From Patescibacteria group bacterium (lineage in GTDB: Bacteria; Patescibacteriota; Minisyncoccia; UBA6257; HR35), in NCBI GenBank assembly GCA_030549895.1, contig JAUQQM010000001.1:44091-108090 (forward strand): 64,000 bases of DNA. The letters are read 5' to 3'. The notes below the pieces were generated by a model. That model searched no databases. It saw only the letters and a list, made by a program, of their open reading frames with translations, and was not told where the DNA came from. Positions 45,990-56,126 of the stretch are shown here, piece after piece (within the stretch, counting starts at the first letter, position 1; each line of letters begins with the position of its first letter). The position numbers and the translations under genes are program-made.

Positions 45990-48900
45990 ATGACAATAAA
46001 ATTATTTTTAATTTTATTGTCACCGATAATAATTTTAGGTAGTTTACTTTCTTATTCTCCTTATAATACTCATCAGGTTTTAACTGAACAAATAGCAGAA
46101 TTTTATAATCTAACTACTAATGAAAGAAGACTGACAGCTCAAGAAATTGAGTGGATGAAACAAGGAGCTGCTGATGAAGATTATCCACCAAGATGGTACA
46201 ATCATTTTTATAATCCTTTAACTGGTAAAGGTTGGACGGGTTCAAGATTAGGTAAACTTAATGCTCAACATGTTTTAAATAAATTGAAAGAATTAGGTTT
46301 AATGGTTTATGATCCAGTAAGTTCTATTGAGTGGGCAAAAAATCATTATTTTCAAGCAAGAGAAGATGATTATTGGACTTGGGATTTTGGTATAGCAAAA
46401 TATGGTGAAGGTGATTATGAAAAGGCATTCAAAACATTAGGACATATTTTGCATCTTTTAGAAGATCTAACTGTACCAGAACATGTAAGAGACGATGCTC
46501 ATCCAGATTTAGGAATTATTGGAGAGATATTTAAGAATCTTCAAGATGGTTCTCCTTATGAATCATGGGCTAAAGAATATACTCTTTCAAATTACAATAA
46601 AATTAATCTAGCTAAAGAGCTTTTTGAAAAAGGCCAAATTCCTTATGAAGTTAGTTCTCTTGAAGAAGCTTTTCATAATCTTGCTTTATTTGTAAATGCT
46701 AGCTTTTTCAGTCCTGATACAATAGGAGTTCCAGAATTTCCTGAACCAGATATAAATAAACTTGAGATAAATAAAGATCTTGTTTACTATAAAAATACAG
46801 TCGTGGCTAAACTTGAAAAAGAAGGGATAAAAGTGGTTAAAGAAATAGCTCCTTATATTTGGGAGAAAGTTACTCCAGAACTTTTAAAATATGGAGCAGG
46901 TTTAGTTAATTTGTTTTTGAAAGAAGCTGAAAATACAAAACAAGATGCTGATATTATGAGTTATTATATCTACAGAACTTCACTAACTCAAATGGGGGAA
47001 AGAATATTAAGTTGGAATATTTATCATACTTCACCTTTGATGCAAATTATAAGATTCACTAATTCAATAGATAAAGTAAAAGGTAAAATTACTCTTTCCT
47101 ATTATAGTTTGAAAGACAAATTTTTAAAGAAGACTAATGAAGTTAATGAGGATCAAATAAAAAGTGAAGAAATATCTCAAAAGGATGTAAGTTTATGGAA
47201 AAATCAAGTAATTGAAGATAGTAACCTTTCAGTTAAAGAAGAATCAAATAAAATTGAAGAAGAAAAAAGTTTTCAAAAAGAAGGAAAAGTTGCTGGATTA
47301 ATTTCAGAAGAGCCCAAAAAGATTCTTGAGGACAAAATTGAAATTTCTGAAAATAAAGTCACTGAAAATAAAATTTCTCAAAAAGACTCTAAAGTAAATA
47401 AAATAGAAACTTTAAAACCCTTACCAACATTAATTAAAAAACAAAAATCTGATGAAAAGCCTGAAGAAGATAAAGAAAATAAAAAATTACAAGACTCGAA
47501 CAAAAAAGACGCTCGTCAGCCGATTGTAATTGGTGGAGGTTATAGTTCAACTCAACAATCTGACTCTAGTAGTTCAAAATGCAAATTTGATAGTTCAGAG
47601 AAGTTTCCTAAAGTAATAATTAATGCAATAAAATTTGAAGGAGAAAATTCTAAAGATGAATTTATAGAACTTTATAATCCAAATAATTTTGAAGTTAATC
47701 TTTCTTGCTGGTCATTAGCGAAAAAGACAGCTGGAACTCAAAATACTGAATTTAGTCCTTTAGTTACAAAAAAAGAATTTAGTGGTAAGATTCCGCCTTA
47801 TAGTTTCTTTTTAATAGTTCATCCATCTTCATCTTTAAAAGAAAAAGACTTAGAGTATTCATCATTTTCTTATAGTATCTCTAAAAATAATGTTGTTGCT
47901 CTTTTAGATCCTAACAATCAGATTGTCGATCTTGTTGGTTTTGGTGACAATAAAGAGAAAATTAAGGATTTTGAAAAAGAACCATTTATTTTTCAAGACT
48001 TACCCACAGGGGCTTTTATAGAAAGAATTAATATGAAAGATTCAGATGACAATAGTCAAGATTTTCAAATAACAAAGCGATCTCCCTATAATTCAAAAAT
48101 TTCAAAAAGACCAAAAGAAAAAATTTACAAATTAAGCGAACTTGCAAGTTTGAGTCCAGATGATTTTCAAATTTTTCCTCAAAATAGAAAGCTTTTAATC
48201 TATGTTAAAGAACCATATTTTCCTGATGATCTTCAGCCAGTAAGTAATATTTTAATTTTTTCAACCTCAATTCAACCAGTCTCTCTTGAACTTACTTATA
48301 AAGGGAAAGAAAACACTTTTGTTTTAGATTTTTGCCAGGAAGGAAATTATGAGGCAGAACTTAAAATATATGATAGCGATAATGAACTTAACTTTGTAAG
48401 TTTTAAGACAAACTTTACTATAGAAAACTCAGCTTGCACCTTAGAGAGTTTCCCAAAAATTTTAATAAGCGAAGTTTTAATTGAAACAGAAACAAACTCT
48501 AAAGATGAATTTATAGAACTTTATAACCCTAATGACTTTGAAATTGATCTTTCAAATTATAAAATAGTAAAGAAAACATCAAGTGGCTCCCAGAAGACAA
48601 TACTTTCTTCAAATACTCAACCAAAACTTGAAGGTAAAATTCCACCTTATGGATACTTTTTAATTACTAATTCAAGCTCTACTTTTGTAGATATTGCTGA
48701 TTTAGTTTATCCTTATTCAAGTTCAAAAGCCTTAGCCGATAATAATACAATTTTAATTTTAGACTTAAATAATAAAGTTATTGATAAACTTGGTTGGGGC
48801 AGCGCAAAAGACTATGAGGGAAGTCCTTCTAATATTAAAGATGGTTATAGTCTAGAAAGAAAAGTTACCAAAGATTCAACTCCAGAAAGTTTAAGAAACT

Positions 48901-50549
48901 TCGAGGCTAATTTTGGAAATGCTTACGATACTGATAATAATTCTTTTGATTTTGTTCTTCAACCAAATCCAAAACCAGAAAACAAAAAAATTTCTAAACC
49001 ACTGCCAACAAGACCAACTGGTTTTAAAATTAAAACTTATTTTTCTGATCTAAATCTTGAGGGAAAATATTTGAGTTGGTATGAAAAAGTAAAAGAAGAA
49101 AATCAAATAATAGAGTTAATTTGGAATCAACCATTGATTAATGAATTTCAAGGTTACTCTTATAGAGTTGGATATAAATTTAATAATCAAGAGTCTTTAA
49201 ACTATCTTCAAGTTCAAGAGCCTATAAGAGATGATTTTTCTCTTGTTAGGATTCCTTTAAATGTCTGCCAACTAAGATCAGGACCTTATGAATTTTTTCT
49301 TGAGGTTTATAATGGCGAAGTCTCAAAAACTCTTGCCTCAACTACTTTTTTTAAAGATCCTTTTCTTTTTCCTTGTCCACCAAAAGCACCAGAAGTAAAG
49401 TTAGAGTTTGTAAATTTAAATAACGCTCAATTTCCTCCTCTTCCCGTATGGTACTCATCAAATTATTTTCTCAAACTCACTCTTAAAGATCCAGAAGATA
49501 CAGATTTTTTAGCTACACCTATATCTTGGCAGGAAATACCTCAATATAAAAGTTTTTATTTTATAAAAGTTGCTACTAGTCCAGAGCTTTTAAGTGATGA
49601 AAATTTTTTTAAAAGAAAAGATCTTTGGGGGATAGACTATGTAAGATCTGATAGTCCAAATAATCCTAGCAATCAAGCTTTAGAACCAGGGCAGAGAATA
49701 ATTTATATAGATCTTTTTGATTTTGAAAAAGGTAAAACCTACTATCTTGGTATTAAAGCATTCAGTGTTTATGATTTTCTTTACTATATGGAACAAGATA
49801 AACAAACTTTTAGGGATTATCCTTTAGAACCTTGTAAGGTAGGTAGCTTTCGGGCAAGATTTAAAGATGGCCTTATTAATATTACAAATAACTGCATCTT
49901 TACTCATTATAATGGATATTATAGTAATTTTTACGATCGAATAAGTTATCCCCAAAACACCGGAATTTGGCAAGATCCAAATTTTTATGATACCGAGAAT
50001 CATTTAGAACCAATACCTAATATTCCACCTTCAAATTGGCAAGAAGTACCCCTAGAAAAACATGTTCAAAATTATCCTCATCTTCTTTCTTCAACTACGA
50101 TTGTTACTTTTACAGTTCCAGAAGATCTACCGATTCCTGATTCTTCAAGATTTTTTAAGTATGCAAAATTTTTTCAAGAAGATGGCTCTATTTATTTTGA
50201 ATTTACTCCAAGAAACAGAATTCCTCAAGTCTGGCGAATTATGGTCTCGCTTAAGACAGTAAAAGATAACACTTTCACCCCAAATATTCCTGGAGAAGAA
50301 AATTTTTATAATATGGTAACTCCTATTTTTACAATTTTTAGCGGTCCAGTAAGAGATTTTCCTTCTAAAGATCAAGATGGAAATGATCTTGTCTATAAAT
50401 TTAAAGTTTTAGATATTCCTCAAGATTATATTTTTGACGAAAATGATATCTTTTCTCTTGTTTTAGAATATTCCCCATATGGATATCCACGACCAAGTCT
50501 TCATTTTGATGATTTTAAATATAAATTTAACAACGAATACAGAGAATAA
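45990..50549 (+). CDS. Large exported protein: Zn-dependent phospholipase C/S1-P1 nuclease domain, charged linker, two lamin-tail domains, beta-rich C-terminus
   Basis: Signal peptide; THQ, GAADED, NHF, LGHILHLLED.TVPEH, D.H..YE; two copies of DEFIELYNP. Confidence 0.8.
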   Translation: MTIKLFLILLSPIIILGSLLSYSPYNTHQVLTEQIAEFYNLTTNERRLTAQEIEWMKQGAADEDYPPRWYNHFYNPLTGKGWTGSRLGKLNAQHVLNKLKELGLMVYDPVSSIEWAKNHYFQAREDDYWTWDFGIAKYGEGDYEKAFKTLGHILHLLEDLTVPEHVRDDAHPDLGIIGEIFKNLQDGSPYESWAKEYTLSNYNKINLAKELFEKGQIPYEVSSLEEAFHNLALFVNASFFSPDTIGVPEFPEPDINKLEINKDLVYYKNTVVAKLEKEGIKVVKEIAPYIWEKVTPELLKYGAGLVNLFLKEAENTKQDADIMSYYIYRTSLTQMGERILSWNIYHTSPLMQIIRFTNSIDKVKGKITLSYYSLKDKFLKKTNEVNEDQIKSEEISQKDVSLWKNQVIEDSNLSVKEESNKIEEEKSFQKEGKVAGLISEEPKKILEDKIEISENKVTENKISQKDSKVNKIETLKPLPTLIKKQKSDEKPEEDKENKKLQDSNKKDARQPIVIGGGYSSTQQSDSSSSKCKFDSSEKFPKVIINAIKFEGENSKDEFIELYNPNNFEVNLSCWSLAKKTAGTQNTEFSPLVTKKEFSGKIPPYSFFLIVHPSSSLKEKDLEYSSFSYSISKNNVVALLDPNNQIVDLVGFGDNKEKIKDFEKEPFIFQDLPTGAFIERINMKDSDDNSQDFQITKRSPYNSKISKRPKEKIYKLSELASLSPDDFQIFPQNRKLLIYVKEPYFPDDLQPVSNILIFSTSIQPVSLELTYKGKENTFVLDFCQEGNYEAELKIYDSDNELNFVSFKTNFTIENSACTLESFPKILISEVLIETETNSKDEFIELYNPNDFEIDLSNYKIVKKTSSGSQKTILSSNTQPKLEGKIPPYGYFLITNSSSTFVDIADLVYPYSSSKALADNNTILILDLNNKVIDKLGWGSAKDYEGSPSNIKDGYSLERKVTKDSTPESLRNFEANFGNAYDTDNNSFDFVLQPNPKPENKKISKPLPTRPTGFKIKTYFSDLNLEGKYLSWYEKVKEENQIIELIWNQPLINEFQGYSYRVGYKFNNQESLNYLQVQEPIRDDFSLVRIPLNVCQLRSGPYEFFLEVYNGEVSKTLASTTFFKDPFLFPCPPKAPEVKLEFVNLNNAQFPPLPVWYSSNYFLKLTLKDPEDTDFLATPISWQEIPQYKSFYFIKVATSPELLSDENFFKRKDLWGIDYVRSDSPNNPSNQALEPGQRIIYIDLFDFEKGKTYYLGIKAFSVYDFLYYMEQDKQTFRDYPLEPCKVGSFRARFKDGLINITNNCIFTHYNGYYSNFYDRISYPQNTGIWQDPNFYDTENHLEPIPNIPPSNWQEVPLEKHVQNYPHLLSSTTIVTFTVPEDLPIPDSSRFFKYAKFFQEDGSIYFEFTPRNRIPQVWRIMVSLKTVKDNTFTPNIPGEENFYNMVTPIFTIFSGPVRDFPSKDQDGNDLVYKFKVLDIPQDYIFDENDIFSLVLEYSPYGYPRPSLHFDDFKYKFNNEYRE

Positions 50550-50552
50550 ATT

Positions 50553-52058
50553 ATGACAAAAACAATTTCAGGGGAAATTATAGGTATAGAAGCCATACCA
50601 ATTGAAGTTGAGGTTGGAATTTTAAGTGGCCTTCATACTTTTAACATTGTTGGTCTAGCTGATAAATCTATAAATGAGGCGAAAGAAAGAATATCTCTAG
50701 CAATCAAAAGTATTGGCGCTAAACCACCTCTTCAGTTTTCAAAAAAGATAATTGTTAATTTAGCCCCAGCTGATCTTAAAAAAGAAGGCTCTCATTATGA
50801 CCTTGCTATCACTTTAGCTTTTCTTAAGGCCTCAGGTCAGATAAAAGGAGATATTGAAGATAAAATTTTTATTGGTGAACTTTCATTAAAGGGCCAAATT
50901 AGAAAGGTAAAAGGAGCTATTTGTTATGTTTTGATGGCAAAAAAGTATGGGATAAAAGAAATATTTATCCCAAAAGAAAATGAACATGAGGTTAGTTTTA
51001 TAAAAGGAATTAAGATCTTTCCAATTTCAACTCTTAGAGAGCTTATAGATTACTTAAGTGGAGTTAGAGAATTAAAACCATTAGAAACAAAAGAATTTTC
51101 TCCCGAATGGCCAGAAGAAAAATTTTACAGTTATATTAAAGGTTTAGATTTTCTAAAAAGAGTTCTTCAAATTGTTTCAAGCGGCGGTCATCATCTTTTA
51201 CTTTTTGGTTCTCCAGGTACAGGTAAGTCTTTACTAGCTCAGTCAATAGTTGATCTTTTACCACCACTTAATTTCGATGAGCTAATTGAAGTGATTACAA
51301 TTCATTCAATTTATGGATCAAAAATTAACTTCACTAGGCCATTTAGATCACCCCATCATTCTGCTTCAGAAGTTTCTATTTTGGGAGGAGGACAAAAAGT
51401 AAAAGCTGGAGAGATAACTCTTGCTCATAATGGTGTTTTATTTTTAGATGAATTTCCAGAATTTTCAAGAAAAGTTCTTGAAGGATTAAGAGAACCTTTA
51501 GAAAATGGCTATATAGTAATTTCCAGAGCAAAAGAAAAAATAAATTTTCCAGCAAAATTTATATTAATTGCTGCTATGAATCCCTGTCCTTGTGGTTGGT
51601 TTGGTGATCCAGAAAAAGATTGTCGCTGCACTTTAAGCGAGGTAAGAAAATATCAGAAAAAAATTTCAGGTCCAATCTTGGATAGATTTGATATTTTTGT
51701 AAATGTTCCCAGGATAGAAACCGAAAAGATTTTAAATGAAAGAAAAGAAATAGAAAACATAGGTAAAATAAGAGAGAAAATATTAAAAACAAGAGAGATT
51801 CAATTAGAAAGGCAAGGTAAACTTAACAGAGATTTAACCTTTAAAGAGTTAGAGAAATTTATAAAAATTGGGAAAGAAGAAAAAGAATTTTTGATAAATG
51901 TTGGCGAAAGACTTAAAATATCTCCAAGAGGTATTCATAAGATTTTGAAAGTTGCCAGAACCATAGCTGATTTTGAAGAGAAAGAAAAGATAGAGATTCA
52001 ACATCTTCAAGAAGCTTTATGGTATCGTGAAAGTCAAGTTTTTGAAAACCAAGTTTAG
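50553..52058 (+). CDS. comM: ComM/YifB Mg-chelatase-like AAA+ ATPase
   Basis: VNLAPADLKKEGS, GSPGTGKS, FRSPHH, GVLFLDE, AMNPCPCG. Confidence 0.92.
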   Translation: MTKTISGEIIGIEAIPIEVEVGILSGLHTFNIVGLADKSINEAKERISLAIKSIGAKPPLQFSKKIIVNLAPADLKKEGSHYDLAITLAFLKASGQIKGDIEDKIFIGELSLKGQIRKVKGAICYVLMAKKYGIKEIFIPKENEHEVSFIKGIKIFPISTLRELIDYLSGVRELKPLETKEFSPEWPEEKFYSYIKGLDFLKRVLQIVSSGGHHLLLFGSPGTGKSLLAQSIVDLLPPLNFDELIEVITIHSIYGSKINFTRPFRSPHHSASEVSILGGGQKVKAGEITLAHNGVLFLDEFPEFSRKVLEGLREPLENGYIVISRAKEKINFPAKFILIAAMNPCPCGWFGDPEKDCRCTLSEVRKYQKKISGPILDRFDIFVNVPRIETEKILNERKEIENIGKIREKILKTREIQLERQGKLNRDLTFKELEKFIKIGKEEKEFLINVGERLKISPRGIHKILKVARTIADFEEKEKIEIQHLQEALWYRESQVFENQV

Positions 52059-52069
52059 TATAATTTTAA

Positions 52070-53152
52070 ATGAAAAGTGTACTTGAAATTAAAAACTTAA
52101 AAGATAAAAAAATTTTTTTGAGAGTTGATTTTAATATAACTCTTCTAGGAAATAAGGCAACTGATCTTTATAGGATTAAAGAATCTCAGGAAACTATAAA
52201 ATATCTTGTCAAAAACGGTGCAAAAGTATTTTTGGTTTCTCATTTTCAAGATCCAGAAAAATTCTCTAAGAAATTTTCTCTTGACAGAATTTTAAAATAT
52301 GTTAAAAAGTTTTTTCCTTATATAGAATTTTTAGACTTTAAAAAAACTAATGATCTTTTAAACGGAAGATTCACTCCAGTTGGCAAGATTTTTCTTTTAG
52401 AAAATATAAGGTTTTTTGGCGATAAAGAAAATGATTTAGAAAAAGCTAAAAATTGGAGTAAAAATTTTGATATTTATGTAAATGAAGCTTTTTCTGCTTC
52501 TCATCGAGAGCATATCTCTACCTATTTACTTAGTAAATTTTTGCCTACCTATTTTGGTTTTAATTTTATAAAAGAGGTAAAAAATCTTTCTATTTGGGAA
52601 AGAGGAAAAGATATAATTTTAGTTTTAGGAGGTTCAAAAATTTCTACAAAATATCAACTTCTTAAGAATTTTCAAAAAGAAAAACTTGTAAAAAAAATAA
52701 TTTTAGGCGGAGCTCTTTTAAATTTTTACTTAAAGCAAATTGGTTTTGATATTAAGAAATCTTATTATGATAAAGATTTTAAAGAAATTTTGAGTCCAGA
52801 AAAAATACTTTATTTAGATGATGTTGTTTTTTTTAAAGAAAAAATTGTTGATCTCGGGAAAGACTCTTTAAAGAAAATAGAGGAAGAACTTAAAGATTTT
52901 AAAGGAATTTTAGTTTGGAATGGGCCATTAGGAGTTGTTGAAAAAAAACCATTTGATGAAGGCACAAAAAGATTTGCAAAGTTTTTAGTTAAAAAGAAAT
53001 TTTTCAAAATTGTTGGCGGTGGAGATACAATTTCTTTTTTGAATAAAATCAGGCTTTTAAAAAAATTTAACTATGTTTCTACTGGAGGAGGAGCGATGCT
53101 TTACTTTTTAGCTCATCGCACTCTTCCAATTTTAAATCTTGTCAGAAAATGA
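52070..53152 (+). CDS. pgk: Phosphoglycerate kinase (short, divergent)
   Basis: LRVDFN, LLENIRF, N.AFS..HR, WNGPLG, GGGDT, STGGGAML. Confidence 0.85.
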   Translation: MKSVLEIKNLKDKKIFLRVDFNITLLGNKATDLYRIKESQETIKYLVKNGAKVFLVSHFQDPEKFSKKFSLDRILKYVKKFFPYIEFLDFKKTNDLLNGRFTPVGKIFLLENIRFFGDKENDLEKAKNWSKNFDIYVNEAFSASHREHISTYLLSKFLPTYFGFNFIKEVKNLSIWERGKDIILVLGGSKISTKYQLLKNFQKEKLVKKIILGGALLNFYLKQIGFDIKKSYYDKDFKEILSPEKILYLDDVVFFKEKIVDLGKDSLKKIEEELKDFKGILVWNGPLGVVEKKPFDEGTKRFAKFLVKKKFFKIVGGGDTISFLNKIRLLKKFNYVSTGGGAMLYFLAHRTLPILNLVRK

Positions 53153-53702
53153 ACTTTTTAGGGAGAGAAAGTTTGTTTTTTTAGATTTAGAGTTTTCTTC
53201 TCTTATGCCTAATGCTGAAATTCTTGAAATAGGTGGTCTTTTAGTTGACCAACGGACTTTAAGGATAGAAAAAGAGTTCGAATATAAGATAAGGCCAAAA
53301 AATATCAAGCTTGCTGATCCAGAATCATTAAGGCTTATAAATTACACTCCAGAATCCTGGGAAGATTCAAGACCACTAAATGAAGTTCTTGAAGAGCTAA
53401 TCCCTATCTTTAAAGACAATATTATGGTTGGTTTTAATATTGCTATGGATTATGCGCGCCTCGAAAGGGTTTTCTTTGAAAATGGCTATATTTTCTATCA
53501 AAGAAAATCAGATCCGTTTTATAGGAGAAGGATAGATGTTCTTTCTATAGCTTATGCAAAACTTAAGGATGAGCCCCAGATAAAGTATTTTAGTTTAAGG
53601 GAACTTTGCGATTATTTTCAAATACCAATAAAAAAGGAGCATAGCGCCTTAGAAGACTCACGCGCTACATATAAACTTTTTCTTAAATTACTCGAGTTTT
53701 AA
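53139..53702 (+). CDS. DEDDh 3'-5' exonuclease (DnaQ-like)
   Basis: DLE, GFN..MD, HSALED. Confidence 0.85.
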   Translation: MSENELFRERKFVFLDLEFSSLMPNAEILEIGGLLVDQRTLRIEKEFEYKIRPKNIKLADPESLRLINYTPESWEDSRPLNEVLEELIPIFKDNIMVGFNIAMDYARLERVFFENGYIFYQRKSDPFYRRRIDVLSIAYAKLKDEPQIKYFSLRELCDYFQIPIKKEHSALEDSRATYKLFLKLLEF

Positions 53703-53715
53703 ATTATAATTTAAA

Positions 53716-54069
53716 ATGCAAAGAAAAAGCTTTATCGAGAAAAAAACAATTCTGTTTTTAAATATAGCAGTTTTTTTAATCCTAGTTTTTAGTTTTATAA
53801 AATCTCTTGAAGAGACAAAACCAGTAAAAAAAGAACTTAAGAAAGTTTTAAATCAACTTAATTTTTTAAAAAATGAAAACTCAGCTTTGCAAGAAAAAAT
53901 AGACTATCTAAAGTCAAAATATAATCTAGAGAAAGAGATTAAAAAAATTCTTGGACTTGGTTATGAGGGTGAAAGGTATATAATTGTAAATGAAGAAACA
54001 ATTCAACTGCCACAAGAAAAATCTTTTAAAGAAAAATTTAAAGATTTAATTAAAAAAATTCTACCATGA
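53716..54069 (+). CDS. Septum formation initiator (FtsB/DivIC family)
   Basis: TM + coiled coil + LEKE..K.LGL..EGE. Confidence 0.7.
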   Translation: MQRKSFIEKKTILFLNIAVFLILVFSFIKSLEETKPVKKELKKVLNQLNFLKNENSALQEKIDYLKSKYNLEKEIKKILGLGYEGERYIIVNEETIQLPQEKSFKEKFKDLIKKILP

Positions 54070-54584
54070 AAAAAGTAATTATCATCTTCTTTATTTTATG
54101 TTTTTTAGCCTTCATTATTTATCTTATCTCTACCAAAAATTATCCTATAATATTTGTTAATGGCAATTTTATTCCCGCTAAAGATTATTTTTTACATAAA
54201 AAGTCGTTTGATTATTTGAAAATAAATTCAAAACCAGAAAATCTTACTGAAGACATCAAAGAGTTATTTTTAGACAAAAAACTTTTAAAAAAGGTAATTT
54301 TTAAAAAGTTAATAGATTCTAAAATTTATGAAAAAGAAGTTAAAAGATTAAATTTATATTTAGAATCTGAAAAAAAGCTTCAAGAATATATCAGTCAGTT
54401 TCCCGAAACTTTTATCACTGAAATTGAAGCTTCTTATGGTCTTGATTTTGATGATTTTAAACGTTTAGTTTTAAGACCATTTTTCCAAAGGGAGGTTCTT
54501 AATGAAAAAATAAATGATTTAGATAACTACTTAAATTCTAAAAAATCTGTTATAATTATTTTACCTTGGGCAAAAATTATCTAG
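54066..54584 (+). CDS. Membrane-anchored SurA/PrsA N-terminal-like protein
   Basis: TM, VNG.FI, LID, YGL...DF; no PPIase domain. Confidence 0.5.
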   Translation: MKKVIIIFFILCFLAFIIYLISTKNYPIIFVNGNFIPAKDYFLHKKSFDYLKINSKPENLTEDIKELFLDKKLLKKVIFKKLIDSKIYEKEVKRLNLYLESEKKLQEYISQFPETFITEIEASYGLDFDDFKRLVLRPFFQREVLNEKINDLDNYLNSKKSVIIILPWAKII

Positions 54585-54585
54585 A

Positions 54586-54921
54586 ATGGACAAGAAAATA
54601 AGCTTGATTACAAGTAAATATCTTCGAGATGTTCCAGAAATTAAAAGTGGTATGAAAGTAAGAGTAACAGAAAAACTTAAAGAAGGAAAGTTTCAACAGT
54701 TTGAAGGAATTGTTATTGCTGTAAAACATGGGAGAGGAATTAATGCAACTTTTACAGTTAGGGGCCAAGTTGCTGGTGAATGGGTTGAAAAAATTTACCC
54801 CCTTCATTCACCCATGATTGAGAAAATAGAAATTTTAAAAAAGGGGAAATCTAGAAAAGCTAAACTTTACTTTATAAGAGATTGGCCAGAAAGTAAAATT
54901 AGAAAAAGACTAAAATTATAG
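54586..54921 (+). CDS. rplS: 50S ribosomal protein L19
   Basis: Q.FEGIVIA, TFTVR, VEKIYPLHSP, RKAKLYFIR. Confidence 0.95.
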   Translation: MDKKISLITSKYLRDVPEIKSGMKVRVTEKLKEGKFQQFEGIVIAVKHGRGINATFTVRGQVAGEWVEKIYPLHSPMIEKIEILKKGKSRKAKLYFIRDWPESKIRKRLKL

Positions 54922-54992
54922 CGGGTGTAGTTCAATGGTAGAACGTCTCCCTTCCAAGGAGAAGGTTGCGGGTTCGAGTCCCGTCACCCGCT
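54921..54992 (+). tRNA. tRNA-Gly(TCC)
   Basis: GCGGGTG/CACCCGC-T; TCTCC-CTTCCAA-GGAGA; G1 shared with the rplS stop codon. Confidence 0.93.
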
Positions 54993-54993
54993 C

Positions 54994-55066
54994 GGGCCGG
55001 TAGCTCAGTTGGTAGAGCGCCGCTATGGCATGGCGGAGGTCACGGGTTCAAGTCCCGTCCGGTCCA
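54994..55066 (+). tRNA. tRNA-Ala(GGC)
   Basis: GGGCCGG/CCGGTCC-A with G3:U70; CCGCT-ATGGCAT-GGCGG; 1 nt after tRNA-Gly. Confidence 0.93.
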
Positions 55067-55109
55067 CAATTTTATTTTGTAGATTTTCAAAGATTAGTTA
55101 TAATTTTTA

Positions 55110-56126
55110 ATGCCAAGAAAAAAGAGAATTTTTGAAAAATTACCTGAACCTATAATTGAACCTCAAAGCGAAAATTTTTGGGAAGCTTGGCAAACTTTCA
55201 ATCCAGGAGTACTTTTTTGTGATGGGAAAATTCATTTTCTTTATAGAGCAATAGGATATGATGGTATTTCTAGATTTGGTTATGCTTTTTCTTATGATGG
55301 TTTTGAAATAGAAGAAAGACTTCAAGAGCCTGTATATGAACATAAAACTCATTTTCGGGAATTTTCATTTTATTCATATTTTTCAGGTGGATGTCTTGGT
55401 GGTGCTGAAGATCCAAGAATTACTTTAATTGAAGATACAATCTATGTTCTTTATGTAGGTTTTGATAATTATTTACCTCAACTTTATATAACTTCAATTA
55501 AAAAAGATGATTTTCTTTCTTATAACTGGAACTTTACTAAAGCAATAAATATTTCCCCGCCTAACATTATTGTTAAAAGCGGAGTTCTTTTTCCAGAAAA
55601 AATTAAAGGTAGGTATCTTATTTTCTATAGAATCTTTCCTGATATTTGGGGAGATTTTGTTGATGATTTAGAGTTTAAAGAGAAGAAATATCTTCAAGGA
55701 GAAATTTTTATAAAAATAAGGGAAAATAGTTGGGACAGTAGAAAAATAGGAGCAGGGGCGCCCCCAATTAAAACTCGCTATGGTTGGCTTTTAATTTACT
55801 ATGGGGTTAACGATAAAGATCCGGGTAAATATCATATTGGGGCAATGATTCTTGATTTAGAAGATCCTAGGAAAGTAATTGTAAGATCAGAGCCACTTAT
55901 AAGTCCTTCTGAGTGGTATGAACTTAATGGTCATAAACCAGGAATTTGTTATCCTACTGGAGCAGTGGTTAAAGATGGAAAAATTTTAATTTACTATGGT
56001 GCAGCTGATAGTTATGTAGCTGTTGCTTGGGCTAGCTTTGATTACTTTTTAGAAGAGTTAATAAGAGGTAAAAAAGCTTATTTTGAGAAAAAACTTGTAG
56101 GTAAAAAATCAAAAACTAGAAAATGA
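55110..56126 (+). CDS. GH130 beta-mannoside phosphorylase/glycosidase
   Basis: FNPG, YRA, EDPRIT, FPEKI.G, KIGAGAPP, YYGAAD. Confidence 0.88.
   Translation: MPRKKRIFEKLPEPIIEPQSENFWEAWQTFNPGVLFCDGKIHFLYRAIGYDGISRFGYAFSYDGFEIEERLQEPVYEHKTHFREFSFYSYFSGGCLGGAEDPRITLIEDTIYVLYVGFDNYLPQLYITSIKKDDFLSYNWNFTKAINISPPNIIVKSGVLFPEKIKGRYLIFYRIFPDIWGDFVDDLEFKEKKYLQGEIFIKIRENSWDSRKIGAGAPPIKTRYGWLLIYYGVNDKDPGKYHIGAMILDLEDPRKVIVRSEPLISPSEWYELNGHKPGICYPTGAVVKDGKILIYYGAADSYVAVAWASFDYFLEELIRGKKAYFEKKLVGKKSKTRK

Noticed and set aside
47600-49000. DNA repeat or recombination cassette in the giant gene (TCTAAAGATGAATTTATAGAACTTTATAA twice)
   Set aside because: Explained by the two lamin-tail domains; no reverse transcriptase or invertase nearby.
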